Shown here: one piece after another, positions 32,999 through 42,246 of the stretch | Layout: every line of letters begins with the position of its first letter | Position numbering within the stretch: position 1 is the stretch's first letter | DNA from: a virus | Lineage: Duplodnaviria; Caudoviricetes | Virus record (IMG/VR): IMGVR_UViG_3300027790_000042 | Span: 1-42,281 of that record | Length of the DNA stretch: 42,281 bases | Direction: 5' to 3' (one strand) | Notes under the pieces: generated by a model | The model's database searches: none | Told to the model about the DNA's origin: nothing | Seen by the model: the letters and a program-made list of their open reading frames with translations, nothing else | Program-made: the position numbers and the translations under genes

Positions 32999-35024
32999 AG
33001 AGCCCAATCCTTTGCATAGTTTGGTAGATCTCGGGACTCATGCGCCAATTCGATCCTTCTCGAATTACCATACCCAAGAGTTCCATATCCTCTAAAACGA
33101 ACTGAATTGTTTTGCGGGGGAAGTCTGTCTCCTGTACTAGTTTGGTGATAGAAAACGCCGACGCTTGGTTCGGGCGACGACTTTTAGAATACATAGTTTC
33201 TACTATACACTCCACACGATCCGGGACGGTACCCATGGCGACCCGCGCAATAGCCTTGAACGTGCTTTGGCGTACTGTGGTGTGATCCTTGAAAATGGAT
33301 ATACCATAGGCGAGCTTCGCAAGCTGTTTTGCTAGACGTGTCGGGTGCTCTGTCATTGGCGAGTAGTGGACTACCCCGGTGAATTGGTCCCGCGGAACAA
33401 CTCCCCGCAGGTGGCTTACCCAAGTCGCAAGGTCAACTATTCGAAGCTCCATTTCTGGGGAGAGGTGAGGTATCCCAGCCTCTGAAGTGTCTACGTCTAT
33501 ACAAGCGGCAGCAGCCTCCCGGAGTTCGGTATTCATTATATCGTCTTTACCCAAAGACCGGATCGCTCGTAAGATAATGTCGTGCTCTCGGGCGTCGCGG
33601 GAACTCGTGCGGGTGAGCCTACACCGGAGGAACCTTTCACCTAACATGGTTCCTTGGGCTCCCTCTCGTTCAATGGCGGGAGTCACCCCGGCGATTATAC
33701 CGAACTTGGACTCGTACTTACGATGGACCCCGTTGCCAAGGTGCTTTTCACAATACCCGTCGTAGCAGTCCCGGAGGATACCGAAGATCTCCTCCTTTTC
33801 CACACTGTCTTTCGATAGTATGGTAGTGAAATCTTTTATCACTAGAACCCGGTCATTGAGTTTAGGGATCAGCGATGGGTCTTTGCCATTAGAGTTGAAC
33901 CCGGAAATGAGACTCGCCCGGGTAAGGCTGGACGCCTCTATAATCCCTTTCGCTCCGCCAAGGGTACGGATAAGTGCGGTCTTGGACCCTCCCGGAGGCG
34001 CTACAATCATAAGCCATAACGGGTCCCCGGGAATACGGTTCGCGAATATGGTCCCGAATAGAATGTCAATTACCTCAGTATCTGGTATGACAAGCCATTT
34101 CCGAAACGCTTCATATACGGCCTCGTACGCCATACCTTCACCGGAGTATTGCACCGGTCCATATAATTTAGCATTCTCTAGTACCTCCTCCGCTTCGGCA
34201 TCCCCTTCAATTTCTCCGGTAGGGGCGTGCTGTAGTCTGTCGTGGAGGGTGTAGTATAAACGAGGCTCCCGATCTCCCTGCAAATAGTAGTCCCGAAAAT
34301 CAAAGTCGTCCGGGGTACCTTCTGGCCAGTGAAAGAACCGGAGGTCCTTGGCGACACCTGTCAGGCGTTTGAATACTCGTACTGTTCCCTTCTCTCCCGG
34401 ACTGTCGTTATCGTAAATAACGTTGACGACCTTACCTTCGCATAACGCTGTACAGTCTGTGGGAAATGTGTTAGCCCCGGGCATGGCGTATACGTCGTGC
34501 TCTACACCACACTTTCGGAGGAGTTCCCACAGCGCCATAGCGTCCCATTCCCCTTCGCATATCCACACTGTGTCCGAGTCGTGCACTTTCTGGGGGCGGA
34601 GCATATTCAGTTTACACCCGGCAGTCGTCATCCCCCTACCGCCTACCCGGTACCGCTTAAGGTTGACAAGCCTCCCCCGGACGTTACCATGCATAGGGAT
34701 TGTGAAGAACTCTCCACTCCAACCGACGCCCCAAGCGCGGAACGTTTCTTTTTCTAAACCACGAGAACGGGTCAATTTCGCCAACGCCTTGTTCGTGGCA
34801 TGGTTTACGAATACCGTGGAGATCTGGTCTAGGAACCCTTCGAGGTTCCCATCTCTCCCGCAGGACTTACAATCCCACAACATGTTTTCTCTGTTGATAT
34901 ACATTTTCTCAGACCCGCCGCAGAAGGCGCAGTCTCCTATTACTTGCGTTCCGGAGTCTGTGCGTACTTTGAACCCAAGCTGCTCGAACGGTTTTTCCGG
35001 AGGGTGTTTCGTTTTACGAGGCAA
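32943..35024 (-). CDS. Primase-helicase: Zn finger + TOPRIM + MCM-like AAA+ ATPase + probable winged helix
   Basis: CAFC...CKSC; ICEGEWDAM; IYDNDSPG; MIVAPPGGSKT; LTRASLISG; LVIKDF; GERF. Confidence 0.85.
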   Translation of the reverse strand: MPRKTKHPPEKPFEQLGFKVRTDSGTQVIGDCAFCGGSEKMYINRENMLWDCKSCGRDGNLEGFLDQISTVFVNHATNKALAKLTRSRGLEKETFRAWGVGWSGEFFTIPMHGNVRGRLVNLKRYRVGGRGMTTAGCKLNMLRPQKVHDSDTVWICEGEWDAMALWELLRKCGVEHDVYAMPGANTFPTDCTALCEGKVVNVIYDNDSPGEKGTVRVFKRLTGVAKDLRFFHWPEGTPDDFDFRDYYLQGDREPRLYYTLHDRLQHAPTGEIEGDAEAEEVLENAKLYGPVQYSGEGMAYEAVYEAFRKWLVIPDTEVIDILFGTIFANRIPGDPLWLMIVAPPGGSKTALIRTLGGAKGIIEASSLTRASLISGFNSNGKDPSLIPKLNDRVLVIKDFTTILSKDSVEKEEIFGILRDCYDGYCEKHLGNGVHRKYESKFGIIAGVTPAIEREGAQGTMLGERFLRCRLTRTSSRDAREHDIILRAIRSLGKDDIMNTELREAAAACIDVDTSEAGIPHLSPEMELRIVDLATWVSHLRGVVPRDQFTGVVHYSPMTEHPTRLAKQLAKLAYGISIFKDHTTVRQSTFKAIARVAMGTVPDRVECIVETMYSKSRRPNQASAFSITKLVQETDFPRKTIQFVLEDMELLGMVIREGSNWRMSPEIYQTMQRIGLYGTKEPKKKKKVSRRKGV

Positions 35025-36768
35025 TGGGCACCTCCCGTTTCTTAGACCAATCTCGTTTCACTACACTCGCCTCGACTTCCAGGGGCACGTTAAACTGTGG
35101 GAAGTCTACCATCAGAGAACGTGTATCTCTTAAAACGTCCGAGAGCCACCGCATCTGGGAGCGGGGAAATTCGAACACAACTTCGTCATGGATGGGGAGT
35201 AGTAGCCGTATCTCTCCGGCGCAGCAATTTTCAAAGTAATCGTGTAAGCGTACCTGCGCCCGCTTGAGGATACCAGCGGCGGTCCCCTGAATTTTATAGT
35301 TAGTCCCTACATACGCCTTCGGACGTGGGACTCGCAACTCCCTCCCGAACGTAGTCACTACTTTACCGGTCTGTCGTACCTCCTCTTGTATAGTGCGTCC
35401 TAAAGAACTCAGGCGCGGAAACCGCGCTCCGTAGTCCATGAACCTCTGTATCCCGACGGACACTGGCAGTCCCAGAGTCTTTGTCATTTTAATCGCCGAG
35501 GCTCCATAGGGTATGGCGAAGTTTGCATTCTTAGCGGCTCCACGTAAAATCTTGCGGTCCTTGGGAGAGGCTAAGATGAATTTGTCTCGGTAGAATACCT
35601 CTGCGGCAGGCTGGTGCACGTCCCCACCGTCCCGCATTATTTGAACAAGCTCCTCCTCCCCGGAGTAGTGGACAAGCAACCGCATTTCAATTCCGGAGTA
35701 GTCCACATGCACGTTTATGTACCCGGGACGAGGACGGAACACCTCCCGCACTGGTACCGGGTATGGGACAAGTAGCGACCCGGATTTCTGTACGTTCTGT
35801 AGATTGGGACGAGAGCACGCCTGCCTACTTGTAATTGCTTTACATGTGTGAATTTCTGGGTGAAGGATGTCGTCTGTATCGGCAAGTTCCGAATACTTCC
35901 TAAGCGTAGACGCGCCTTTATCCCACGCCCGGAACTGAAGGAGGGTTTCTAGCAGTGGGTGCGGGGCCTCCTCCCGGAGAGCAAAAAGAACGTGCTTGTC
36001 TGTCTTCGGTTTGTGCGCTTTCTTGGTCTTGGCAAGTATTGGCAGTTCTAGATATTCGTACAGGAGCCACTGTACATGCTCGGACGAGTTTAGGTTCAAC
36101 CATCTCCCGGTGGCGTCGTGTACGCTTTGTGTACAATCCTCCGCCATACGTTCCAGTCGTGCCGACATCTCATCGCACCTGTCTCGGCGGAGCATAAGTC
36201 CCCGCCCTTCCATACGTGTCGTCACGCGGATCAGGTCTAGTTCGGTGTTGTAGATTTCCAAGCGAGTGGGGTCCGCCTCGATCATTGGGAAGAAGAACCC
36301 GTGCAGTAAGGCAGTACGTTCAGCGTCTAACGCTTGGTATTCATCCATTAAGAATTCGGGGACGGTGCTGTAGTCCCCGATCACGTCGTCCACGAAACGC
36401 TTCACCTGTTTCTCGTCGTTCTTCGGAATGTCCGCCAACTCATACGCCCGGTCCTTTAGACGGTGGCTCACAGCGTCATTCTCTAGAATGTGGGACTGGA
36501 TGTACGTGTCGTGAAATGGGTGCGCGTCCGCTAAATTCCTCCCGGTCAACTTCTCGGTGAAGTGTAGGTCGAATTTACTATTGTGCATGATAAGTGGTTC
36601 TTGAGAATCCAGGACGGAGGCCAAGTGCGCCGTGTTCGCTTTAGCGCGTCCTTTGTCCAACCTCCGGACCTCAATCGCCCCAGACTCGTCGCAGGTACTG
36701 TACGCAAACATATCTGCGCCACAGTAGGAGTTCAGTCCGGTCGTCTCGGTATCGTAAGCAATCGCCAT
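35014..36768 (-). CDS. polA: DNA polymerase family A (3'-5' exonuclease + polymerase)
   Basis: Exo motifs YDTETTG, HNSKFD, YQALDA; motif A DYSGIEMR; motif B RGAAKNANFAIPYG; motif C IHDEVV. Confidence 0.96.
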   Translation of the reverse strand: MAIAYDTETTGLNSYCGADMFAYSTCDESGAIEVRRLDKGRAKANTAHLASVLDSQEPLIMHNSKFDLHFTEKLTGRNLADAHPFHDTYIQSHILENDAVSHRLKDRAYELADIPKNDEKQVKRFVDDVIGDYSTVPEFLMDEYQALDAERTALLHGFFFPMIEADPTRLEIYNTELDLIRVTTRMEGRGLMLRRDRCDEMSARLERMAEDCTQSVHDATGRWLNLNSSEHVQWLLYEYLELPILAKTKKAHKPKTDKHVLFALREEAPHPLLETLLQFRAWDKGASTLRKYSELADTDDILHPEIHTCKAITSRQACSRPNLQNVQKSGSLLVPYPVPVREVFRPRPGYINVHVDYSGIEMRLLVHYSGEEELVQIMRDGGDVHQPAAEVFYRDKFILASPKDRKILRGAAKNANFAIPYGASAIKMTKTLGLPVSVGIQRFMDYGARFPRLSSLGRTIQEEVRQTGKVVTTFGRELRVPRPKAYVGTNYKIQGTAAGILKRAQVRLHDYFENCCAGEIRLLLPIHDEVVFEFPRSQMRWLSDVLRDTRSLMVDFPQFNVPLEVEASVVKRDWSKKREVPIAS

Positions 36769-36785
36769 CGGTAGTATCCCCTTAA

Positions 36786-36815
36786 ACGGCGGACCCTGCT
36801 ACCAGAGTCCGCCGT
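36786..36815 (-). other. Intergenic hairpin between the SSB-like gene and polA
   Basis: ACGGCGGACCCTG-CTAC-CAGAGTCCGCCGT; the mismatch is G-U on the minus strand. Confidence 0.6.
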
Positions 36816-36854
36816 ACCGTTCGTGTCAAAGGAATAGTCAGCTAGGAGACGGGA

Positions 36855-37772
36855 TTACTTGCGTTTACGGCTGGATGCCTTCGCCTTGGCCTTGGCAGGA
36901 GCCTTCTTGGCAGGAGCCTTCTTGGCAGGAGCCTTCTTTTTGGGCTTGGGCTTGGGCTTGGGCTTGGCCAATACGCCGTACCGCTGGAGCACTTCGATTT
37001 CCGTCTCGTCGAGTTCGTCCGGGGAGATATCATACCCCTTAAGCTCGGAGGCCATCTCCTCCTCGGTCATGTCCTCTGCGACGCCCTCAATCGAGAAAGC
37101 GTCAGCAATGGCAAGAAGGACCTCGGCGTCTTCGGACAATTCCTCGTCCTCTTCGTCCACGCCATCGTCATCTCCGTCCTCCTCCTCCTCGCCATCGTCT
37201 GGTTCCTCTTCGTCTTCTTCCTCGTCTTCTCCATCCTCCTCGTCTCCATCCTCGTCCTCGTCCCCGTCTTCCTCGTCCGTTTCATAGACCTCTTCTCCCT
37301 CTTCCTCGTCCTCGTCGTCGAGGTCGATTTCAACGTCCTCCTCGTCGACAGTCTCTTCGACTCGGATGTTAATGAAATCCCCGTTGTGCTCCACCGTGGC
37401 ACGGTACGGGGTACCATCCTCGACAATGTCCCCGTACAGGTCGTCGAACTCATCGATGTCCGCAGGGGGTTCGTGTCCCATGAGTTCGATGAACTTGGCG
37501 GTAAAATAGGGACCGCCGTCGTTTTCGAAACCGATCCGGTCCGTGATCTCACTGCCGGCATGTTCTCCGGAAAGTACCACATGCTTCCGTACCGTCTGGA
37601 GCTTCTTGCTGGACTTGGCCTCCTCGAACTTAAGGCTGGAGAGCCGCATGAAATACGTTCCAGGCGGAAGTCCGGGGAGCTTGTCTTTCCCGGTATTCCA
37701 CATGCTCTGCATCTGCTTCTTACGGTTTCCGAAACGGGACTTGCTTGTCTTGGTCTGTTTACGTGCAGCCAT
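36855..37772 (-). CDS. SSB-like protein (DUF669-like N-term) with long acidic tract and basic H1-like tail
   Basis: LPPGTYFMRL...GEHAGSEITDRI; located between the Sak4-like ATPase and polA; D/E tract followed by KPKPKPKPKKKAPAKKAPAKKAPAK. Confidence 0.7.
   Translation of the reverse strand: MAARKQTKTSKSRFGNRKKQMQSMWNTGKDKLPGLPPGTYFMRLSSLKFEEAKSSKKLQTVRKHVVLSGEHAGSEITDRIGFENDGGPYFTAKFIELMGHEPPADIDEFDDLYGDIVEDGTPYRATVEHNGDFINIRVEETVDEEDVEIDLDDEDEEEGEEVYETDEEDGDEDEDGDEEDGEDEEEDEEEPDDGEEEEDGDDDGVDEEDEELSEDAEVLLAIADAFSIEGVAEDMTEEEMASELKGYDISPDELDETEIEVLQRYGVLAKPKPKPKPKKKAPAKKAPAKKAPAKAKAKASSRKRK
36891..36966. repeat. Coding tandem repeats (15-bp x3; 6-bp x4-5)
   Basis: (TTGGCAGGAGCCTTC)3 encodes KKAPA repeats; (TTGGGC)n encodes KP repeats. 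Confidence 0.8.
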
Positions 37773-37774
37773 GA

Positions 37775-38734
37775 TTAGACTTTCCTTGCTCGTTTTGCCG
37801 CCCGAGTACGGGCAGACGTTTTAGTGGTGACAGGTTTCTTTTTCTTCCGGTCTGTTGCTTTGGCCGACTTAAGCATCTCACCTGCGGTCTGACTAGTCTT
37901 TCGGCTAGGCATTAACAGTTTGGACTCGATACCAAGATCAGCGCCGCGCATACTCTTCTCTAGGTCGCTATACCCTCCTTCCTTGGGTAATTCCATAAAC
38001 CGGGGGAGACCAACACTATTCTTAGCGTCGATAATTTCGTCTCCCTCCGTTATCATTACACGGACGTCCTTTCCGCGAAGAGTACGCATCCAGTCCATGT
38101 AAATTGTGACGTCTGTTATAGACTTGGCGATGTCGTACGCCTGTCCAGAACACGAGGGCTCGATCCGGGTATGCTCCTCCCCAGAAGGAGCCACAATAGT
38201 GGACTCCCTACAATGCGAGGTCAGGACAAGTCCTAGACCCATACGAGGCACCCGCAGCAAAGTCTCCCGAAACTCGGACCGTATGGCTCCCCACACTTTT
38301 CCGAAGTCATTGTGCGGAGGGTATTTGCATCCGTGTAATGCACACACATGGGTCAAACACATCTGGTACAATGCGTCGATCGTGTCTACTCCCACAGCGC
38401 GGAATTCGTGGTCCGTCTTTTCGAGGAGGTCCAATCCCCGTAAGAAAATCTTCCAGGAAGTCACCCCGCCGTTTTCCCAGTTGAAATCGTATAGGGAAAG
38501 TCCACGACTAACACGTTCGCACGACATAAGGATTAATTCGGGGTATGAGGCGAGAAAGGTAGTTTTCCCTACTCCAGCGCGCCCGTACACCATTGTAATA
38601 TAATTCAACAATTCGGTGTCCGCTTCTCGCTTCGCCTTGGGAAGCGCCAATTGCGAAACCGATTGCCGAGCTCTGGGAGTGGTGTTTTTCTTGGCCCGGC
38701 GTGGGGCCCGTCCAGTTGTTTTCTTTACTGCCAT
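37775..38734 (-). CDS. Sak4-like / AAA phage NTP-binding recombination protein
   Basis: VYGRAGVGKTT, VGVDTID, LVLTSH; ATG 38734 coupled (TAATG) with GGAGG SD. Confidence 0.85.
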   Translation of the reverse strand: MAVKKTTGRAPRRAKKNTTPRARQSVSQLALPKAKREADTELLNYITMVYGRAGVGKTTFLASYPELILMSCERVSRGLSLYDFNWENGGVTSWKIFLRGLDLLEKTDHEFRAVGVDTIDALYQMCLTHVCALHGCKYPPHNDFGKVWGAIRSEFRETLLRVPRMGLGLVLTSHCRESTIVAPSGEEHTRIEPSCSGQAYDIAKSITDVTIYMDWMRTLRGKDVRVMITEGDEIIDAKNSVGLPRFMELPKEGGYSDLEKSMRGADLGIESKLLMPSRKTSQTAGEMLKSAKATDRKKKKPVTTKTSARTRAAKRARKV

Positions 38735-39687
38735 TAGTCCTCCGATAATTCTGGGTGTACCCTGTTCCGTGTGACATACCCTCGCGGCTTTCCGCTGGCG
38801 CAAGCGTCGAGGTATGTACACTGCCCCATAGTAAGGCATACCGAAGAGTTCGGTATAGCCGGAGAGCACCCGTTTCTTACCCATGGTACGAACTCAGTGA
38901 GAAGGGCGGCGAGGTGTTTCCGAAACACCCGTGTCTGTCTTAGGGAGTATGCGCATTCGTACCGGTGCGTGTAATAAGTCGGTTTCTTTTCAATCTCCTT
39001 TCTCATCCTGTCCCGGTACTCCTCCGGGGTTTCGTTGACTTTCTGCTTACTACCCGGCTTCCGAATGAGGTTGTAATATGTACCCCAACACCGGGCCGCT
39101 ACCTCGTCTTCGGTGGCTGTAAGATAAAACAGGTTCTGAAAGTCAAACTCTAGCTGGCGCATTTTAGCAGAACCCTTGTCCTGCGAAATGGTTTTCGTTT
39201 CAAACGTGTACAACCGCTTTCCCTCGGGACCACGTCTGCGCCACTGGAATAGACCGTCTCTCTTACCCCGGAGCAGCACCCATTCTCCGGGGGCGTATTC
39301 AAATGGCTGCGTAAACTCTACCTCCAATCCTTTCCACTTGATTTTGCGGTCGGTGGGCTTCCACGTCCACTTGTACACGTCGAACAGGATTTCCCCCACC
39401 GCTATCAAATTGGCTTGGTCTTGAGACGCTTTCTTCGGGTTGAATTTATCTGCATCCTTCCGTGAGAGGGAACGCCTATACTCAATCCAGTCCGACACCT
39501 CCGGGGAGTTCCCTTGATAATGGTGCTCTAGCAGCCAGTGTATCATGTCCCCAAACCAGAAATAGTCCGGCTCTGGTCTTCCAGTACTCAGACCAGAGAG
39601 AGAGTGCGCGCACTTCTGCCGACATGTCAGGTATGTGGTTAGAATGCTCTGGGTTACCCCGTGTTGGTCTATATCGTAGAAAGACAT
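38734..39687 (-). CDS. Cas4/RecB-like PD-(D/E)XK exonuclease with Fe-S staple
   Basis: TCRQK; FGDMIHWLLE; LRGKRD...FETKT; QNLFY; C-term CLTMGQCTYLDAC. Confidence 0.88.
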   Translation of the reverse strand: MSFYDIDQHGVTQSILTTYLTCRQKCAHSLSGLSTGRPEPDYFWFGDMIHWLLEHHYQGNSPEVSDWIEYRRSLSRKDADKFNPKKASQDQANLIAVGEILFDVYKWTWKPTDRKIKWKGLEVEFTQPFEYAPGEWVLLRGKRDGLFQWRRRGPEGKRLYTFETKTISQDKGSAKMRQLEFDFQNLFYLTATEDEVAARCWGTYYNLIRKPGSKQKVNETPEEYRDRMRKEIEKKPTYYTHRYECAYSLRQTRVFRKHLAALLTEFVPWVRNGCSPAIPNSSVCLTMGQCTYLDACASGKPRGYVTRNRVHPELSED

Positions 39688-39690
39688 ACT

Positions 39691-40293
39691 CTAACCCTCC
39701 TCGAACCGTCTAAGGTCCTGTGGGCGTTGTACAGACGGAGCGAATTTCTTGCCGATGTCCATAAGCATCCATCGAATGGACACAATCAATGTCCGGAACT
39801 CTGGGGATTCGACTCCACCCCGGTCCATCACATAGTCCAGGTCTAGGACTTTGCTTGCCGTCGGAAATTGTTTCTTCAGTACCGAGTTCGCTGCGGATCC
39901 TACTAACGCCACCCGCTTTGGCTTGATATCCTGTACTACATTGACCACGTTCTTACGACATTCCCAATGGCAAGATTCTGGGAGGGAGGTCATGTCTAGT
40001 CCCGGGACCCCGCATTGAATGGCGTAGGTGATTTCGTACCGCGCCTGTATCGCGCAGATCTCTTCCGCACGTTTCCAGGCTAGGGCTAGCATTTGAAACC
40101 GTGGACCGACTCCACTTCGCCGGAGGGCGATATCTGGTGCTGTAGGGCACGGGAGTATGAATAAGACCCAAGGGTCTCGGTTACCACGTTTCGCCGTACC
40201 CGGGAACTGCGTAGGCTGGTGCTCTGACGAAACCAGTGAACACCGGTCACAATAGTCCGGACCCGAAAAGGTTCTCACAGTGCGTTCTGCCAT
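39691..40293 (-). CDS. Degenerate family-4 uracil-DNA glycosylase-like Fe-S protein
   Basis: CDRCSL, ITYAIQC, ECRKNV, IKPKRVALVGSAA; canonical GEAPG and HPA motifs absent. Confidence 0.65.
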   Translation of the reverse strand: MAERTVRTFSGPDYCDRCSLVSSEHQPTQFPGTAKRGNRDPWVLFILPCPTAPDIALRRSGVGPRFQMLALAWKRAEEICAIQARYEITYAIQCGVPGLDMTSLPESCHWECRKNVVNVVQDIKPKRVALVGSAANSVLKKQFPTASKVLDLDYVMDRGGVESPEFRTLIVSIRWMLMDIGKKFAPSVQRPQDLRRFEEG

Positions 40294-40859
40294 GCCATCC
40301 CCATTCCTACAGCGTCCGCCGCATGGTTATCAAACACGGTTCCCAACTGTGCGGACAGCCGGCGAATCACTACGTCCTTCCCTAGCTGTCCCTTCCATTC
40401 CTGCGGGGTAGTAAGGTGGACCGTGGAGTCGGAACGCTGCTCGCTAATGCGCCCTGCCATGACCCCGACCAGTATGGATAGTTTGATAAGGTCTCCATTG
40501 TTATTGGACACAGCGCCACGGGAGTGCATGCCCCATACGTTCGGGGTCTCCAGCAGTATCAGTGGATAGGGCGCTTTGGACTCGGTATTTACAGAGTGAA
40601 ACTCCGCCAGCAACCGATCCACCATAAGATCTGCCCGTTCCCAGATTGGGCGATAGTGGGCTCCCATGTGTTGACCTCCCCGATACGTAGCCTTGTCGAA
40701 CTCCGCACACGTCGCCGGGATTGTTCCCCAGTTTGCAGGGGGTACGAACTCCGCTGGTTTCGGACCTATGCTAGCGGACGGAAAGTACGCCCACCCGGTA
40801 CCCTGTAGTCCGGGATCGATACAAAATAATGGACCGGTAGGTGCTCCGCGATTACCCAT
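40275..40859 (-). CDS. RuvC-like Holliday junction resolvase
   Basis: CIDPGLQGTGWA, LLETP, TPQEWK, NHAADAVG; ATG 40859 with GAGGAG SD. Confidence 0.85.
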   Translation of the reverse strand: MGNRGAPTGPLFCIDPGLQGTGWAYFPSASIGPKPAEFVPPANWGTIPATCAEFDKATYRGGQHMGAHYRPIWERADLMVDRLLAEFHSVNTESKAPYPLILLETPNVWGMHSRGAVSNNNGDLIKLSILVGVMAGRISEQRSDSTVHLTTPQEWKGQLGKDVVIRRLSAQLGTVFDNHAADAVGMGMAWQNAL

Positions 40860-42246
40860 TGTGATATCTCCTCTGTAGGTTGCGACCGATAATTGAACTA
40901 AGCATACGGTCACTACGCGCGTGCTTCGACTGTAACGCTGCGTGGATGTCCTCCTCCACCGTGTTGCGGGTTATGAGTTCGAGGTACAGGAGTGGACCTT
41001 CTTTGGTGAGGTGGAGAATCCTATCTTCTGTCTGTTGTTTCGTTAGGAGTCCGCAAGGTTCTGAAAAATACACGGCGACGCTGGCGGAGCTTAGATCCAT
41101 CCCGGTCATGGCCGCTTGCTCCTGTACGCATAACACCCTTGGACCGCGCTTACTTTGGAATTTCTTCCGTAGGTCTTCCCGCTCTTGTGCGGTCTTACCA
41201 CCGAGCATTAGTTCGGCGGGTACCTTATTTTCATTGAACCATTTCCAAGCGTGTATCGCCGCCCACCGGAACGAGAACCATACAACGACTTTATCGTCGA
41301 CTAGCTCGGTCTTCAACAACTCTCCCAGACCATTCAATTTTCCGTTCCACAACTGGTTCCCATCCGGGTCCAGACCGGAGGCGATCTGTCTGAGACGCAT
41401 GTACTGCTCTAGTTTCCAGACTAGCCGCTCCTCCTCCCTATTCTCGATCTCTAGAATGAAATCTGTTTCTAGCTTGTCGTACACCCTCCGGGATATGGCG
41501 TCGAGGTCGAAGTACCGGGACTCCCGCACTTTAACCTTATCCATACCCACATCCTTCCGGCGAATGATTATACTCCGGGAGAATACCTCTTCCTTTACCT
41601 GCTCCCGGACTCCGGGGTTCGGGAGCATAAGCCAAGACAGTTTTGCATGCCTATGGTACTTGGTGAATTTGAACTCATAAAATTTTTCAAACCGGAGGAA
41701 GTCTCCGTGCGTGAAAAGGAATTGGCATACAAAGTCCAATTCAGACTCTGGGTTTGGTGTACCTGTGAGGCAGTACCGGAACCGACACTCCCGAAAATTT
41801 TTCAGGAAGAAATGAGTCACACCAGCGTCCGGACTCTTGATGAATGTACTCTCGTCCAGCACTACCGCATCAAACCGTCCCGGGTCCCCGATTTCTGGGA
41901 GTGGGAGCCACCCCTCTTTATTGATTAGGTTCCACCGCCGTCCCTCCTCCATCCGTTGTAGCCGTTTCTCGGGTTTCCCGTGAGATAGGTCTGAGATGTC
42001 CGAGGCTGGCACACCTTCCTGCCGGAGTTCATTCATCCAGGAACCTAGTGCGCTGTTCGGGGCTACAATGAGAATATTCCCTTTACACCTTCGCTGTAGA
42101 AACCGGATCATTGTTAGGGTCTTGCCAAGGCGCATCTCCATGAAGACCCCGCCGTATTGGTTACGGTGGAGGAAGCGTAGCGCCGCCCGCTGTGGTTTCC
42201 ACAACACCTTCGGCGGGGTCTTCTTTCTGGAGACTTTCTTTTTCAC
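40852..42246 (-). CDS. SNF2-family helicase
   Basis: MEMRLGKT, LIVAP, VVLDES, LTGTP, LRQIASG, GMDL, QTEDRI; on the circle it starts 5 nt after the folE stop. Confidence 0.92.
   Translation of the reverse strand: MKKKVSRKKTPPKVLWKPQRAALRFLHRNQYGGVFMEMRLGKTLTMIRFLQRRCKGNILIVAPNSALGSWMNELRQEGVPASDISDLSHGKPEKRLQRMEEGRRWNLINKEGWLPLPEIGDPGRFDAVVLDESTFIKSPDAGVTHFFLKNFRECRFRYCLTGTPNPESELDFVCQFLFTHGDFLRFEKFYEFKFTKYHRHAKLSWLMLPNPGVREQVKEEVFSRSIIIRRKDVGMDKVKVRESRYFDLDAISRRVYDKLETDFILEIENREEERLVWKLEQYMRLRQIASGLDPDGNQLWNGKLNGLGELLKTELVDDKVVVWFSFRWAAIHAWKWFNENKVPAELMLGGKTAQEREDLRKKFQSKRGPRVLCVQEQAAMTGMDLSSASVAVYFSEPCGLLTKQQTEDRILHLTKEGPLLYLELITRNTVEEDIHAALQSKHARSDRMLSSIIGRNLQRRYHNG

Noticed and set aside
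38734-39687. Cas4-like gene as part of a CRISPR-Cas system
   Set aside because: No cas1/cas2 or array; it sits in the usual nuclease-Sak4-SSB recombination module.
1230-41900. Recurrent TCTGGG(G)nAG / CT(C)nCCCAGA word as a Chi-like signal
   Set aside because: It occurs in both orientations with variable length, mostly as Pro-Glu/Pro-Asp codons, and may be a by-product of CCAGG avoidance; not supportable without counts.
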